The notes under the pieces are model-generated. The model worked only from the letters and a program-made list of their open reading frames with translations, ran no database searches and had not been told where the DNA came from. From NCBI GenBank assembly GCA_951406725.2, contig OX597815.1:158100001-158164000 (forward strand): 64,000 nucleotides of DNA, given 5' to 3'. Positions 50,907 to 64,000 of this stretch are shown piece by piece. The DNA is from Octopus vulgaris. Taxonomy: Eukaryota. The stretch's first letter is position 1; each line of letters opens with the position of its first letter. The position numbers were made by a program, and so were the translations under genes.

Positions 50907-51999
50907 AATGTGGATGATTTTAAACACTCAGTTTTGACATTTGGGATCATCCTGGTCATACAACAGGGGCTGATATTGTTGTTAATCTCAACTGGCTGGC
51001 CAGACAGATGCATCTTAAACTGAAAGATTTCCAGATTGAAATCTTGGAAATCTCTTTTAGCACACTTATTTCATAACAGCATCCTCTCCATACACAGCGC
51101 ATATCTTCGTGCAGGTTTCCTCCACTTTTTGCATTTTTTAAAATAAGAAAAGCATGAGGTGTCAATAATGTTCATTTTGATACTTCATTTTCAGAATGAT
51201 CCCAAGCATACAAAATGCAACATATCTCATTGTTGTAAGTTAATGGTGAACTATGTTGACATGTCAAGTATCAAATGAGTGAACATCCAAAGTTAGCTAC
51301 TTATCAGAGTGCTATAAGTTTAGTGCTAACAAAAAAAAAAAGGACTTTTTAGGGCTGACTCATATATATATATAAATATATCCTCCACCATAAAAAAAAA
51401 ACAAAAAACGATCAAAGTTCCTTCCCAAGCTGTAGGCTCATAAGGCTGGTTTGCAAGATTCTACAGTTTATATATTCCTCCACTGGATGGAGTACTAATC
51501 TATTGCAAGATTACTTGTCTTTGATAGCTGAGTGGACTGAAGCAATATAAAATGAAATGTTTTGTTCAAGAACATAATGCATTGCCCAGTCCAGGAAATG
51601 AAATTACTATCTTATGATCATGAGTGAAATACCATGTCTCCACATGTGTGTATGTGTATGCTTGTATATATGTATATATATGTGTGTGCGTGTGCATGTG
51701 TGTGTGTATGTATGTAACAAATAGAATAACAACCTCGGACGTTAAATGATGATGATGAATCATCTTTAATAAAAAACACAAATACCCTAGGAGTGGCTGT
51801 GTGGCACCTTGGGCAAGTGTCTTCTACTATAGCCTTAGGCTGACCAAAGCCTTTTGAGTGAATTTGGTAGATGGAAACTGAGAGAAGCCTGTCGTATATA
51901 CATATATACATACATAAATACACACACACACACACACATACATACATACATATATTTATATATATGTATATATGTATATTTTGTTTTTGGATTTCATTT

Positions 52000-52323
52000 G
52001 CAAGATTCGTGTGTTGAAACATATTCTGTCGTGTCTGGGGAGAGTCATTCTCGTGGTGCCTTATAATTTAACACTCTCACTGGTAAAATTTCCACTTATT
52101 TCCTTTTTATATTTTTTTTATCTTTCTAAAATTTTTGTTGCTTCTTACAATAGTTTTGACTCAAAACGTTGCAAGCCGCAACGAAATTTAGAAAAATTTT
52201 AGAAAAATAATAAAAACATAAAAAAAGAAATAATTGGAAATTTTATCGGTGAGTGTGTTAAATTATAAGGCACCAAAAGAGAATGACTCTCCCCAGATAA
52301 CAGAATATGCTTCAACACAAATC
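52000..52323. repeat. Inverted dimer, ~150-bp arms, inserted in a SINE
   Basis: tgtgttgaaacatattctgt..ggggagagtcattctc..ggtgccttataatttaacac is mirrored at 52254-52319. Confidence 0.85.
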
Positions 52324-52366
52324 CTTGTGAGTGGGTTTGGAAGACAGAAACTGAAAGAAGCCCGTC

Positions 52367-52431
<65 letters not shown>

Positions 52432-52880
52432 TATGTGTCTGTGTTTGTCCCCCCAACATCACTTGACAACCGATGGTGGTGTGTTTACATCCCTGTAGCT
52501 TAGCAATTCGGCAAAAGAGACCGATAGAATAAGTACTAGGCTTACAAAGAATAGGTTTTGGGGTTGATTTGCTCAACTAAAGGCAGTGTTCCAGCATGGC
52601 TGCAGTCAAATGACTGAAACAAGTAAAAGAGTAAAAGAGTGAAGAGAGTACTCCAGATAATTTTTACCATCCAGGAAAGTGTACATGGAATTGCCCATTG
52701 GGAGGATTTATGGTATGATTATTAACAACTAATTGTAGTCACAGATTTTAGATACTGATCATTGTGGTTAGCCGCCAACTGGGACTTGACTGAGAGCTAA
52801 AAGAGTATCCACCTGAATAATATAACCTGCCAAACTCACTTTAATCTCTTTTCTCTCTCTCTCTCTCTATCTATACACAT

Positions 52881-52922
<42 letters not shown>

Positions 52923-53906
52923 GTATGCATATATAACGTATGTATATGCGTATATGTGTGTATGTGTGAGTATATGTATACACACACACATACTATATAT
53001 ACATATACAAAGGTCCAAAATGATTGGCATTTTGCAATTCTCACAAAGACCTGTCCACTGCAGCAGAATTGATATCCTAAAACCACCTTAGTAACACTTG
53101 TAGGTGCAGGGCTCTGTCCCACTCAACCTCTATCCTCTCTGACCATTAAGCATTTTCCCCATATCTCAACTCCTAACACACCATTTCCCTATCTGTAGTA
53201 CTAGGTGGCTGTAATCTCCTGAGAGCAGAATAGAGCAGAATACTAGATCCCCTCCCTTTGGTTACCATCTTCCTCAACCCCAAATAACTTCCATTTCTCC
53301 TTATCTCCCACCCACTGTTTCCATTAATTACTACCCTCTATTCTGTGTCTTCAGCCATTGCTCTCTCTCTCTCCCCTCTGCTACACTTCATCCTTAACAC
53401 CACTTATCAGTCACCACTCTCAATGTCATCATATCCACCATAACACCATCCACTGCCCCACAGTCACTCCTATTTCTCTCCCAGTCACTTGCAACAGTGA
53501 ACACTATCCAGTCTCTAGCCATATCTCCTCACTCTCATGAAACATCCCCTGTATCTCCTGCTGTCCACTCCCCCCAGTTTAATCCTCCACATCAATTCAT
53601 CTATAGTCCCCACCACTACATCGTTAAGGTATGTCCCAACACATCACTAGCATCTCACTGTCTCTCCTTATCTTCCCATCTAACTTTGTCTCTTTGTCTC
53701 TTTCTCTTTACCTAGAGAATCCGTGTATCTTCCCTACAGCAAGACAACAATTTCTGTCCCTCTAATATAATTTTAAAACTTCTCATCAAGCTACCTTCCT
53801 TACAACTACTCCACAGCTGAGTGGGGTTGTTGTGCAATTTACTTGGTAACCCTGCTGGTGCCATGGATAAAGCTGCCAGCGAGTAATCTCTGTAAAGTGA
53901 ATTGAA

Positions 53907-53961
<55 letters not shown>

Positions 53962-54011
53962 CATCATCATCATCATCGTTTAGCGTCCGATGATGATGAT
54001 GATGATGATGA

Positions 54012-54103
<92 letters not shown>

Positions 54104-54303
54104 TTCTTTATTTTGTTTCAGTCATTTGACTGTGACCATACTGAAGTCCCACCCTTAGTCGAGCAACTCAACCCCAGGACTTATTCTTTGTAAGCCTGGT
54201 ACTTATTCTATCGGTCTCTCTTGCCGAACTGCTAAGCGACAGGGACGTAAACACACCAGCATCGATTGTCAAGTGATGTTGGAGGGACAAACACAGACAC
54301 ACA

Positions 54304-54335
<32 letters not shown>

Positions 54336-55879
54336 CTAGCAGTATCGCCCGGCGTTGCTCGGGTTGTAAGGGAAATAACTATATAAGCATTTTTAGAGAG
54401 TTATAGCAAAAAAATAGCAAACAAATGCATTAAAAATTGAAAAAAAATTAAGGTAAATTTTTTTTTAAATCGTTGATATTTTTAGAGAGTTACTTCCCTT
54501 ATATAAAAGCGAAAAAATGCATTAAAATGGAAAAATATGATGGTAAATTTTTTTAAAATCGTAGACTCATCGTAGACGCACGCTAATACCCAGAAGGGCT
54601 CGATATGAATCACGACTATAAGATACCCGCTTTTGGTTAAACTGCACCGCAAAATGTGGGAGTAGTTAGGAATCTAAATCGTAGGAGACAGACACACAAC
54701 TTCACTCTTATATAAAGATGCTTTTTTTTTTTCAGTCATAGAGTTAGATTTATGAAGGTCTTCAGTAGAAAATCCTTCGAATTCTGACTCGCTGCTTGAT
54801 ATAATGAAATTCGTATCCATTTTTTGTCAGAATTACAAATTTTGAAAACACAATAGGAACAAATTTCGGAAAAAAATCTCCCATAATTCACGGAATTAAA
54901 ATTACACTTCGATTTTTGTACAAAACTGTAGTTGAAGTGTTTACGGAGTGTAATACGTGTTTTCACGAATGTACTAAAGAGATTTGCTCTGATATTCTCA
55001 TTTAAATATGAATAGGTAAATTCGGGCGGCTTGGTAACTATATATAAGTGTCGTCTGTTTATACATAAACACTGTTTCATACTGCAATTATATATACATA
55101 TATCTATATATAATATTATATAATAAAATATATACAGAGTAAAATAAAAACCAATTTACCTTTTCTGTCCGTCCGTGTGTCTTTGCAAAGTGAGTTGAGT
55201 TTTGGCGCCTTTTTTACTAATAACAAACACACACGTGTTTGTATGTAGTTGTATGTGTATGTAGTTGTATGTGTATGTAGTTGTATATGTATGTGTATGC
55301 GTGTGTGTGAGGAATGACACACACACACTCACGCACGCACACATGTACATCAATGCTTTCGGAGTGATATGTTAAAATATTGAGTTTTCTCGAATTTTGT
55401 CTTAATTGGTGGTAAAATTGAAAGAAATTTTTTATGGCATCACCCACTGAAGTACTCTGAAAAATCTTAGGTAAATTCTAATTGAAGAAATTGTGTGAGG
55501 AGTAAATGGTTATGTATTTATTTGTTTCTGTTTGCTGTGTTTTTTTATTTTTTGAGTAGTGGTTTAAATACTTTCAGTTTAGTCTTCCTCAAATCACTCT
55601 GTCGCTATTTACTTTCATTTTATTCGTTGCACACTGTGTGTGTGCGTTTGCGTGTGGTGTAAACCAGACTAAGAAAAGCATTTGACACACACACCAGAAT
55701 GTGAGTTTTCTGTAAATTTTGCTTAATTGGAGTTTAAATTTTAAAAACTGGACCTGGCATGACGTGATGCATTGTACTCTTAAAAATGCTAGGTAAATTG
55801 TAATTGAAGAAATCGTATATTGTAGATTTGTATAACTCCCAAAGGGAGGCAGATAAAATCTGCCTTTTATAATAAGAGA
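54336..55879 (-). mobile_element. Composite Helitron insertion (short element 54336-54718 plus a second 5' end at 55879) inside a SINE
   Basis: Minus-strand 3' CTAG with hairpin cccggcgttgctcggg; 5' ends TCTTTATATAAGAG (54718) and TCTCTTATTATAAAAGG (55879). Confidence 0.75.
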
Positions 55880-56060
55880 TATATATACGACAGGCTTCTT
55901 TCAGTTTCCGTCTATCAAATCCACTCACAAGGCTTTGGTCAGCCCAAGGCTATAGTAGGAGACACTTGCCCAAGGTGCCACACTGTGGGACTGTACCTGG
56001 AACCATGTGTTGGTAAGCAAGCTACTTACCACACAGCCACTCATGCGCCTATATATATTA

Positions 56061-56092
<32 letters not shown>

Positions 56093-56106
56093 CATATAAT
56101 ATATAA

Positions 56107-57328
56107 TCTATATTTATACAACAGTCCTTGGACGAAAATTGTATGCACATTTTGCTTTGGCAGTTAATGGCGGCCAAACAGAGGCTAGGATCGAGCTGAA
56201 AATTGGCAGGGATACTAAATGCATGGTGAGGATGAGGCCCACGATGGTTAAAATTTGCAAGCTATAAAGGTGTGGTTGCTATGGCAAAAATTGTGATTTT
56301 TATCGATTCAAGGGGGCCCAGAGCCCCTCTAGGTTTGTGCGATTGGCTTTTAATGCCCTCATTTCCTTTTTAATCTTTTCCATAAATCAACTATTGTAAA
56401 GATTTTCTACCATGTCCTCACATTTTCTATGTATGTGTGCATGCCTTAAAAGATGTGATTAGATAGAGTTCCAATAGAATTGAATGGACCGGCTGCTGGT
56501 CAAGATGTTCTTATAACTCAAATGTCCCTCACTCCCTCCGATATGATCTACATGTTTAAGCGGCTTCAATTTCCTATCAAACTCTCCTTTGCGATGACAA
56601 TAAATAAGGCACAGGGTCAATCATTGCAAATGGTTGGTTTAAATCTCACATAGCAAGTGTTCTCCCACGGTCAACTTTACATTGGATGCTCCCGTGTTGG
56701 CAGGCCACAAAGTCTATACATTTGTGCATCAGAAGGGAAAATGAGAAACATTTCCTACAAAGAAGCACGCCACTGAAAAGATAGCATTTCTTTCAAATCA
56801 CCCCAGTCATCTGCCATCTCAAAAGCTTCGCAGTTGCCGTGCCAGCCAATGTAACTCGATGACACACACCTTCACTCATTAACTCTATCTCTCTTTCTCA
56901 CCCTCTTTCTCTCTCACATACACATGCGCAAGCATGCACACACACACACACACACGTCCCATTTCACATACCTTCTTTCAATTTCTGCTCTCTGCAAACA
57001 AAATTTTTATGGATACAACTGCTTACAAAAATAGGGATTAATGTGTAATTTATTTATATGTTCATAATTAAATAAATGTTTTAATGATTAGACAGAGGTC
57101 CAATACAACAGCTCTCAGAAACAGACTACATACAAATTCTTTCTTCACAACTCCTGAAGTTATTTTCTGACACTGGAGGGGGGGGTTTACATACAGCTGG
57201 ATGCCCTGATTGAAACAGGGGGCCCGAAATGATAAGGTTGAGAAACACTGTTATAGATTGTGCCTAATCGAAAACGATCACGCCCACATTATCCAGACAG
57301 ACTGGGTGAGACTGGGCTTAATTCCTAG
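56107..57328 (+). mobile_element. Non-autonomous Helitron carrying a PIF1 helicase C-terminal fragment
   Basis: Ends A|TC ... CTAG|T. 56480-56776 translates FKRLQFPIKLSFAMTINKAQGQSL..*QVFSHGQLYIGCSRV..RNISYKEARH*. Confidence 0.88.
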
Positions 57329-57424
<96 letters not shown>

Positions 57425-57486
57425 ATAATATAGAATATAATATATATATACAATTTATAATACATATATTTAATATATAATGCATG

Positions 57487-57572
<86 letters not shown>

Positions 57573-57664
57573 CATGGAGAACGGACGTTAAACGACGATG
57601 ATGATGATATATATACTATATATATATATATATATAATATATATATTATATATATATATATATA

Positions 57665-58970
57665 CTAGCAGAGATACCCAGAGTTGACCGTGTTACATGC
57701 AATTGAAGAATTAGACTTTTCTGTTATATTTTCTGTAATGAACTGGAATATCTATGTTTCGAATTTCATCAAAATTGCAGAGGAGGGTTATTTCCCTCTT
57801 TACACATCCTAAAAAAATTGTAATCGTGCCACATTTATCCCATATGACTTGATTTTTATGCGCATATTCCAAAATTCCAGTCTTATTGAACCTGTTAAAT
57901 AGATTTTGCTCCTGAAAAAGGAAGGTCATGGAGCTCTAAAATGTGAAACTTAAGGCCCCTGTTGGGGTTGGGCATCATAATGTCAACCAGAGAAGTTGAA
58001 TTGTTGAGAATCTTATTAACTTGGGTCTTATATCTATTGTTTGAATTTCTTTCAAATAGGAAATATATGTTCACTGGGGTTTGTAAAAGAGAACAAAGCT
58101 ACTGGAAACCAGAAGACGAATGATCACAATAAGCAGTCAGCTACCCTAGTCGTTACCACTCCCAATGTAGGATTCCTCACCATCCAGGTGACAGGCACAG
58201 CCATAAGATGCATTACAAATGTATAGCAATTGGAAGGGCATGACCCAACTGAAATAAACATTAACAATTGTGTGACGTGAGGGCTAAGGAGAAATGAAAG
58301 TGTCACCTCTGGAGTTTGCAAATGACCACTATACTGATACGTAACTGGACAAAATAAATTAACAATCTATAAATGTCTTTGAATAACCAGTTACTCATCT
58401 GGGAAGGCCTTGAAATCAATGTTACCATCTGGGGACTATGTGTAACCCAGTGATAATAAAAAGACTGAAAGGAGGTCAGCAATCAAATAACTTTACTCGA
58501 CACTTTGCAACTGAATCAGTGGAGTCAAAGATGCCTCTCATTTACTTGACAATTTATGCACCACATTGCAGAAATCACAATGTAAGTATATGTCAAAGCA
58601 AACTTTTACACAGTTGTACTATTGAATAATGCTCATCTTTTATGCTCGGGTAATCCTACAGCTTCCAAGAGCACCACTGTATTCGTTTTTGCATAGATAA
58701 AATGACAAAATAGTGGGTGTTAAGTCCCCATGGAGGGGTCTTGCTAACTTGTAAGAAGATGAAATTTTATAAATATTACTTCATTTGTGTCTAATATCTA
58801 TGGTAAAAATTTCATCAACAGCAAAGAAAAAAATTAATTGTCATGGGGGTTATGGCCCTTATGCATAGAATAATATTTCCAAATTTCATAAAGATCCATT
58901 TAGTACTTTTGATGTAGTTTTGGATCATAAAAGAAATGACTAAAATTTGGGTGTTAAGGCTCCCATTTAG

Positions 58971-59029
<59 letters not shown>

Positions 59030-60401
59030 TAGATAGATGGATATAGATATAGATATATACACAAACACACATAAAAAGATAAATTGATAGATAAACTGAG
59101 TGGGCAAACAAAAATATGAGACACAGCCTAGTGCTCTTTTTATGTTGATAAGCCTGGTACTTATTCTATTAGTTTCTTCTTGTGAAGCCACTAAGTTATG
59201 GGGATGTAAATAAATGAACAGCAGTTGTGAAGCAGTGATGAGAGAGAAACACAAAGACACACACATAGACTTACATATATACATACATATATATGCAATT
59301 GATTTCTGAGGTCATGCTTGACTACCTCATCCCATGTCTTCCTGGGTCTACCTCTCCCCCTGATTCCTTCAACTGTTTGGGAGCGGCACTTCTTCACACA
59401 TCTCTCCTCATCCATCCGCAGTACATGACCATACCATCGCAAGCATCGCTCTTGCACACCACATCTGATGCTTCTTATGTCCAGCATTTCTCTCAGGGTG
59501 CTTACACTCTGTCGTGCATGCACACTGACATTACACATCCAGCGGATCATGCTAGCTTCATTTCTTTCAAGTCTACGCATGTCCTCTGCAGTCACGGCCC
59601 ATGTTTCACTACCGTGAAGCATTGCAGTTCGCACACATGCATCATACAATCTACCTTTCACTCTGAGTGAGAGACCCTTTGTAGCCAGTAGGGGTAGGAG
59701 CTTTCTAAACTTTGCCCAGGCTATTCATATTCTAGTGGTGACACTCTCTGAGCATCCACCTCCACTACTAACTTGGTCACCCAGGTAGCGGAAACTATCG
59801 ACTACTTCTAGTTTCTCCCCCTGGAGTGTGATGGAATCTGTTTTCTGAGTATTTGTGGTGTCTATTGTCCCTGTGCATCTGCCGCACATGAAAGCTATCT
59901 AATCAGTTAATTTCCCTTTGATGTTGCTGCACCTCTTATGCGTCCATATCTTACACTGGGTGCATCTTATGGAGTTTCTACCTACACCTTTCCTACAGAT
60001 CGAGCAGGGTCACCTGTCCGATGGGGTGTGTGCTGAGTTCGCCTTTCTGCTTACTATAACTTTGGTCTTTGCTACATTTACTCTAAGGCCCTTTGATTCT
60101 AACCCTTGTTTCCACACCCGAAATTTCTTTTCTAGTTCCGGTAGTGATTCTGCTATGAGAGCCAGGTCATCAGCATAGAGGAGCTCCCAGGGGCAACCTG
60201 TTTTGAATTCCTCTGTTATTGCCTGGAGGACTGTGATGAATAAAAGGGGACTGAGGGCTGAGCCTTGGTGTACACCTACTTCTACCCGGAATTCTTCACT
60301 ATATTCGTTGTCAATCCTAACCTTGCTGACAGCCTCTCCGTATAGGGCCTGTACAACCCTTATTAGCCATTCGTCAACATCCATATATATACATATAGAT
60401 G

Positions 60402-60444
<43 letters not shown>

Positions 60445-61013
60445 AAATTTAAATTTAAAATAATAAGGGAGAAAAATTGAATATTAATTTGATTAATATG
60501 AATTGAAAACCAGTGGTGTAGCATATAAGACCATAGCGGATCTTCTTGTAGGAAAATGGATGTCCATTGTTAATGGTTACATATATATATATATATATAA
60601 TTGATTTGTTTCAGTTTCTTCTACGAAATCTATGTATATATACATATATATATGTATACACAAACACAAAAATAAATTGATAGATACAACTGAGTGGGCA
60701 AACAAAAATATGAGACACTGCCTAGTGCTTTTTTTTTACTTTGATAAGCCAGGTACTTATTCTATCTGTTTCTTCTTGTGAAACCTGAAAGTTATGGGGA
60801 TGTAAATAAATGAACACCAGTTGTGAAGCAGTGATGAGAGAGAAACACAAAGACACATATATATGCAATTGATTTCTTTCAAGGCTTTGGTTGGTCTGAG
60901 GCTATAGCAGAAGACACATGCCAAGTTACCACACAGTGGGACTGAACTGAGGAGCATGTGTTTTGGAACCAAGTTTGTTACCACAGAGCCAAACCTGCAC
61001 CTATGTATGTATC

Positions 61014-61045
<32 letters not shown>

Positions 61046-61780
61046 TGTGTATGTGTGTATATATGCATGCATATATGTGTGTATATATATGTGTACATAT
61101 TACATGTACATCTATCTACACATACATGTATACATATACAGCTATACATATACATGTATATATATACAGCGACACGTGTAGATGTATACATATAAAGCTA
61201 TACATATACATGTATACATATACATCTATATATTTACATGTATATTTATATATATATACACATCCTTATATGTACATCCATATATATACATCTATATATA
61301 TACATCTATATGTATACATCTATATATATATACATCTATATCTATATACATCTATATCTATACATATATATGTATACATATATACATTTAAATATAAAAC
61401 AATAAGGGTGAAAAATTGAATATTAATTTGATTAATATGAATTGAAAACCAGTGGTGTAGCAAAATGGATGTCCACTGTTAATGGTTCATCCCTGTTATA
61501 TAATAGTTTGACTTCAATAGTTTCAGTATTAAATTGAAAGTATCTGACATTACAATAGAGAATTGTTTTTGTTTCACTTTTAACATGTAATACTGAAATA
61601 GTGGAGAAGATATGATATTGCTGTGGGCTCGCCCTAGGCAAGAAGTTAAAAATTTTGCCCATGTCACTACATGGACCCTAAGTAAGGCATGTGTAAAATT
61701 TGAATGAAATTGGTTGTGTAGTTCTCAAGTTTTAGAGATTCACACAGACAGACACACATTCTCAGTTTTATAAATATAGA
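57665..61780 (-). mobile_element. Helitron-type ends (3' CTAG at 57665, 5' TC at 61780) bracketing a mixed repeat block
   Basis: actagcagagatacccagagttgaccg is a 3' hairpin remnant; TCTATATTTATAAAACTGAGAATGTGTGTCTGTCTG is the 5' end. It is uncertain whether both ends belong to one element. Confidence 0.5.
59304..60383 (-). pseudogene. RTE-clade LINE reverse transcriptase fragment with an embedded PHD-like finger
   Basis: GVHQGSALSPLLF, LLYADDL, VNVAKTK, FRYLG, LHGSETW, LRWYGHV, GRGRPRKTW; in-frame stops present. Confidence 0.95.
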
Positions 61781-61786
61781 TATATA

Positions 61787-63044
61787 TTCCCGCCATTTTA
61801 TTCCATTTTGGTATTCATAGCGGTTTTGAATTTTGGAATCTATTTTTTTCAAGAATTCTATTTTTGAATCATTTTGCTATCTATTTTGTTTTTGTTTTCT
61901 AGCTAATTTTAGTTAATTTTTGTTTATTTTCATATCATTAAAATGGAATGTCAAGTTACGAAAAATGAGCATTTTCGACACCTTCTTTTTGCTTTTAATC
62001 AAGGTTCTAAGACCGCAAAAGCTGCTTGCGACATTTGTGCTGTGTTGGAGAAGGTGCCATAGCTCGTGATTGTAATGCCAAGTTCAAAAATGGAAATTTT
62101 GACCTCAAAGATGCACCTTATTCTGGCCATCCAGTTGAGTTCGATGAAGGGTGATTACACCCACTTTTGCATGAAAATGCTCATCAAACAACAAGGGAAC
62201 TGGCAGAGAAAATGGAATGCTCCCACACTGCTATAGAGAAGCATCTTCACTCGATGGAAAAGGTTCAGAAGTATGGAGCATGGGTTCTGCATGCTTTAAA
62301 TGACAACAACAAAAATAAGCGAGCCATGATCTCTGCTGGTTTACTTGCTCGTCACCGTTCAACTCATGGACACAAGCAATGATTTCTTTACCGAATCGTT
62401 AGTGGCGATGAAAAATGGTGCCTGTACATCATTATGAAGCAGCATAAGGAATGGCTTAGCCCCAGTAAACAAGCGACTCCACACGTGAAACAAGATCTTT
62501 ATCCATGTAAAACGTGCATATGGTGGGACTGGGAAGGGATTATCCATTACGAATTGCTTAAAAGGAACCAAATGATCAACACGGAACTCTATGTCCAACA
62601 GATGGAACGACTCAATACGGCTATTCAAGAGAAAAAAACATAATTGTCAGTTTATGGATTTCTTCTGCTGTATGACAACGCCTGTCTGCATATCACCAAT
62701 ATGAGCAAAGAAGCCATTCAGACACATGGCAGGGAAGTGCTGCCACACCTGCCGTACTCTCCTGATTTGCCACCAACAAATTTCCACCTCTTTCAATCTC
62801 TTTCAAATGCTATGCGCAGAGTTTCGTTCAATACTGATGCAGAATTGAGAGCTTGGTTGGATCAATTTTTCGAGTTGAAATTGGGGTGATTTCTACCAAC
62901 GAGGTATTAAAAATTTGGTTGAACATTCGGAAGAAGTTGTAAACAATAAGGGTGAATACATTTTTGATGAATTAGTTATTTTTCATTAAACCTGTAAAAA
63001 AATTTAAATTTAAAAAAACGACAGGAAATTAGTTGCCAATCTAA
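61787..63044 (+). mobile_element. Near full-length decayed mariner of a second family
   Basis: ATG at 61943 (MECQVTKNEHFRH). Frameshifted pieces include WVLHAL, VSGDEKW, YDNACLH and PHLPYSPDLPPTNF. Right TIR ends ..ttagttgccaatctaa-TA. Confidence 0.93.
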
Positions 63045-63078
63045 TATATAATATATATTTATATACAATATACTATAT

Positions 63079-63404
63079 GTGAAGGTGTGTGGCTTAGTGG
63101 TTAGGGCATTCGGCTCACGATTGTAAGGTCGTGAGTTCAATTCCCGGCAATGTGTTGTGTCCTTGAGCAAGACACTTTATTTCACATTGCTCCAGTCCAC
63201 TCAGCTGGCAAAAATGAGTTGTACATGTATTTCAATAGGCCGGCCTTGTCACACTTTGTGTCATGCTGAATCTCCCTGAGAACTATGTTAAGGGTACGTG
63301 TGTCTGTGGATTGCTCAGTCATTTGTACGTTAATTTTATGAGCAGGTTGTTCCATCGATTGTATCAGCTGGGACTCTTGTCGTCGTAACTGACGGAGTGC
63401 TCCT
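63079..63404 (+). mobile_element. tRNA-derived SINE family E (related head at 30745-31084, minus)
   Basis: gtggcttagtggttagg..gagttcaattccc, then gtgtccttgagcaagacactttatttcac. Confidence 0.8.
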
Positions 63405-63929
63405 ATATACATATAATTTAGATAACTTGGATATGTTTCGACCAAAGATTGGTCCAGGCCATGTCTAACTTATATATATATATAGGAGCACTCCGTCAGT
63501 TATGACGACGAGAGTCCCAGCTGATACGATCGAGAGTCCCAGCTGATACGTTCGAGAGTCCCAGCTGATACGATATATATATATATATATGAATAAATTG
63601 AATGATATGCAAGTGTTATTCCAGAAGAAATAAAATGATGTAAAAGAAGGCAATCTTCTCATCAGGGAAAGAAAGAAACCAAACACATCAATAAGATATT
63701 TTGACAGAATATAAATATAACATACATATCTAATATATAATATATAATATATAAAATGTATAATATATATAAAAATATATGTATATATATTTGATATATA
63801 TATTTAATATATACATAAATATATTCACACATAATGTATAATATATATACATATAAATCTCCCCCTCCCTATTATAGATATATATGTGTGTGTGTAAATA
63901 TAACATATATATATAAATCTATCTATCTA

Positions 63930-63964
<35 letters not shown>

Positions 63965-64000
63965 AATATAAATTAAATTATTTATATGATATATATCAAA

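Noticed and set aside
57711-58629. Short ORFs as Helitron helicase remnants
   Set aside because: Similarity is too weak to call by eye.
22345-61419. Many YIYI/HTHT/CVCV-rich ORFs
   Set aside because: Translations of microsatellites.

Overview
AT-rich, repeat-dense eukaryotic genomic DNA. The SINE families and (TA)n/(CAT)n microsatellite landscape suggest an octopod cephalopod, which is an inference from recognition and not verified. The window holds part of one minus-strand gene that the ORF track misses: 12 small GT-AG exons (27-99 bp, 32152 down to 1726) that splice in frame to ~191 aa of an interrupted Gly-X-Y collagen resembling MACIT-type transmembrane collagens (COL13/23/25, col-99, CG42342-like). 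No upstream exon was found in 32153-64000, so that half is probably one very large intron. The introns contain decayed mariner, hAT, piggyBac, Helitron and RTE elements, many SINEs and several long palindromes. The main unexpected signal is a set of minimal type I hammerhead-ribozyme motifs (CTGATGA...GAAA, palindromic stem III, an unusual mismatch at the base of stem II). They sit in non-coding elements with direct terminal repeats or head-to-head inverted arms, resembling Penelope-like or retrozyme-like elements. There is also a strong candidate recursive splice site (zero-length exon) in a collagen intron. Almost all listed ORFs are microsatellite or repeat artefacts.
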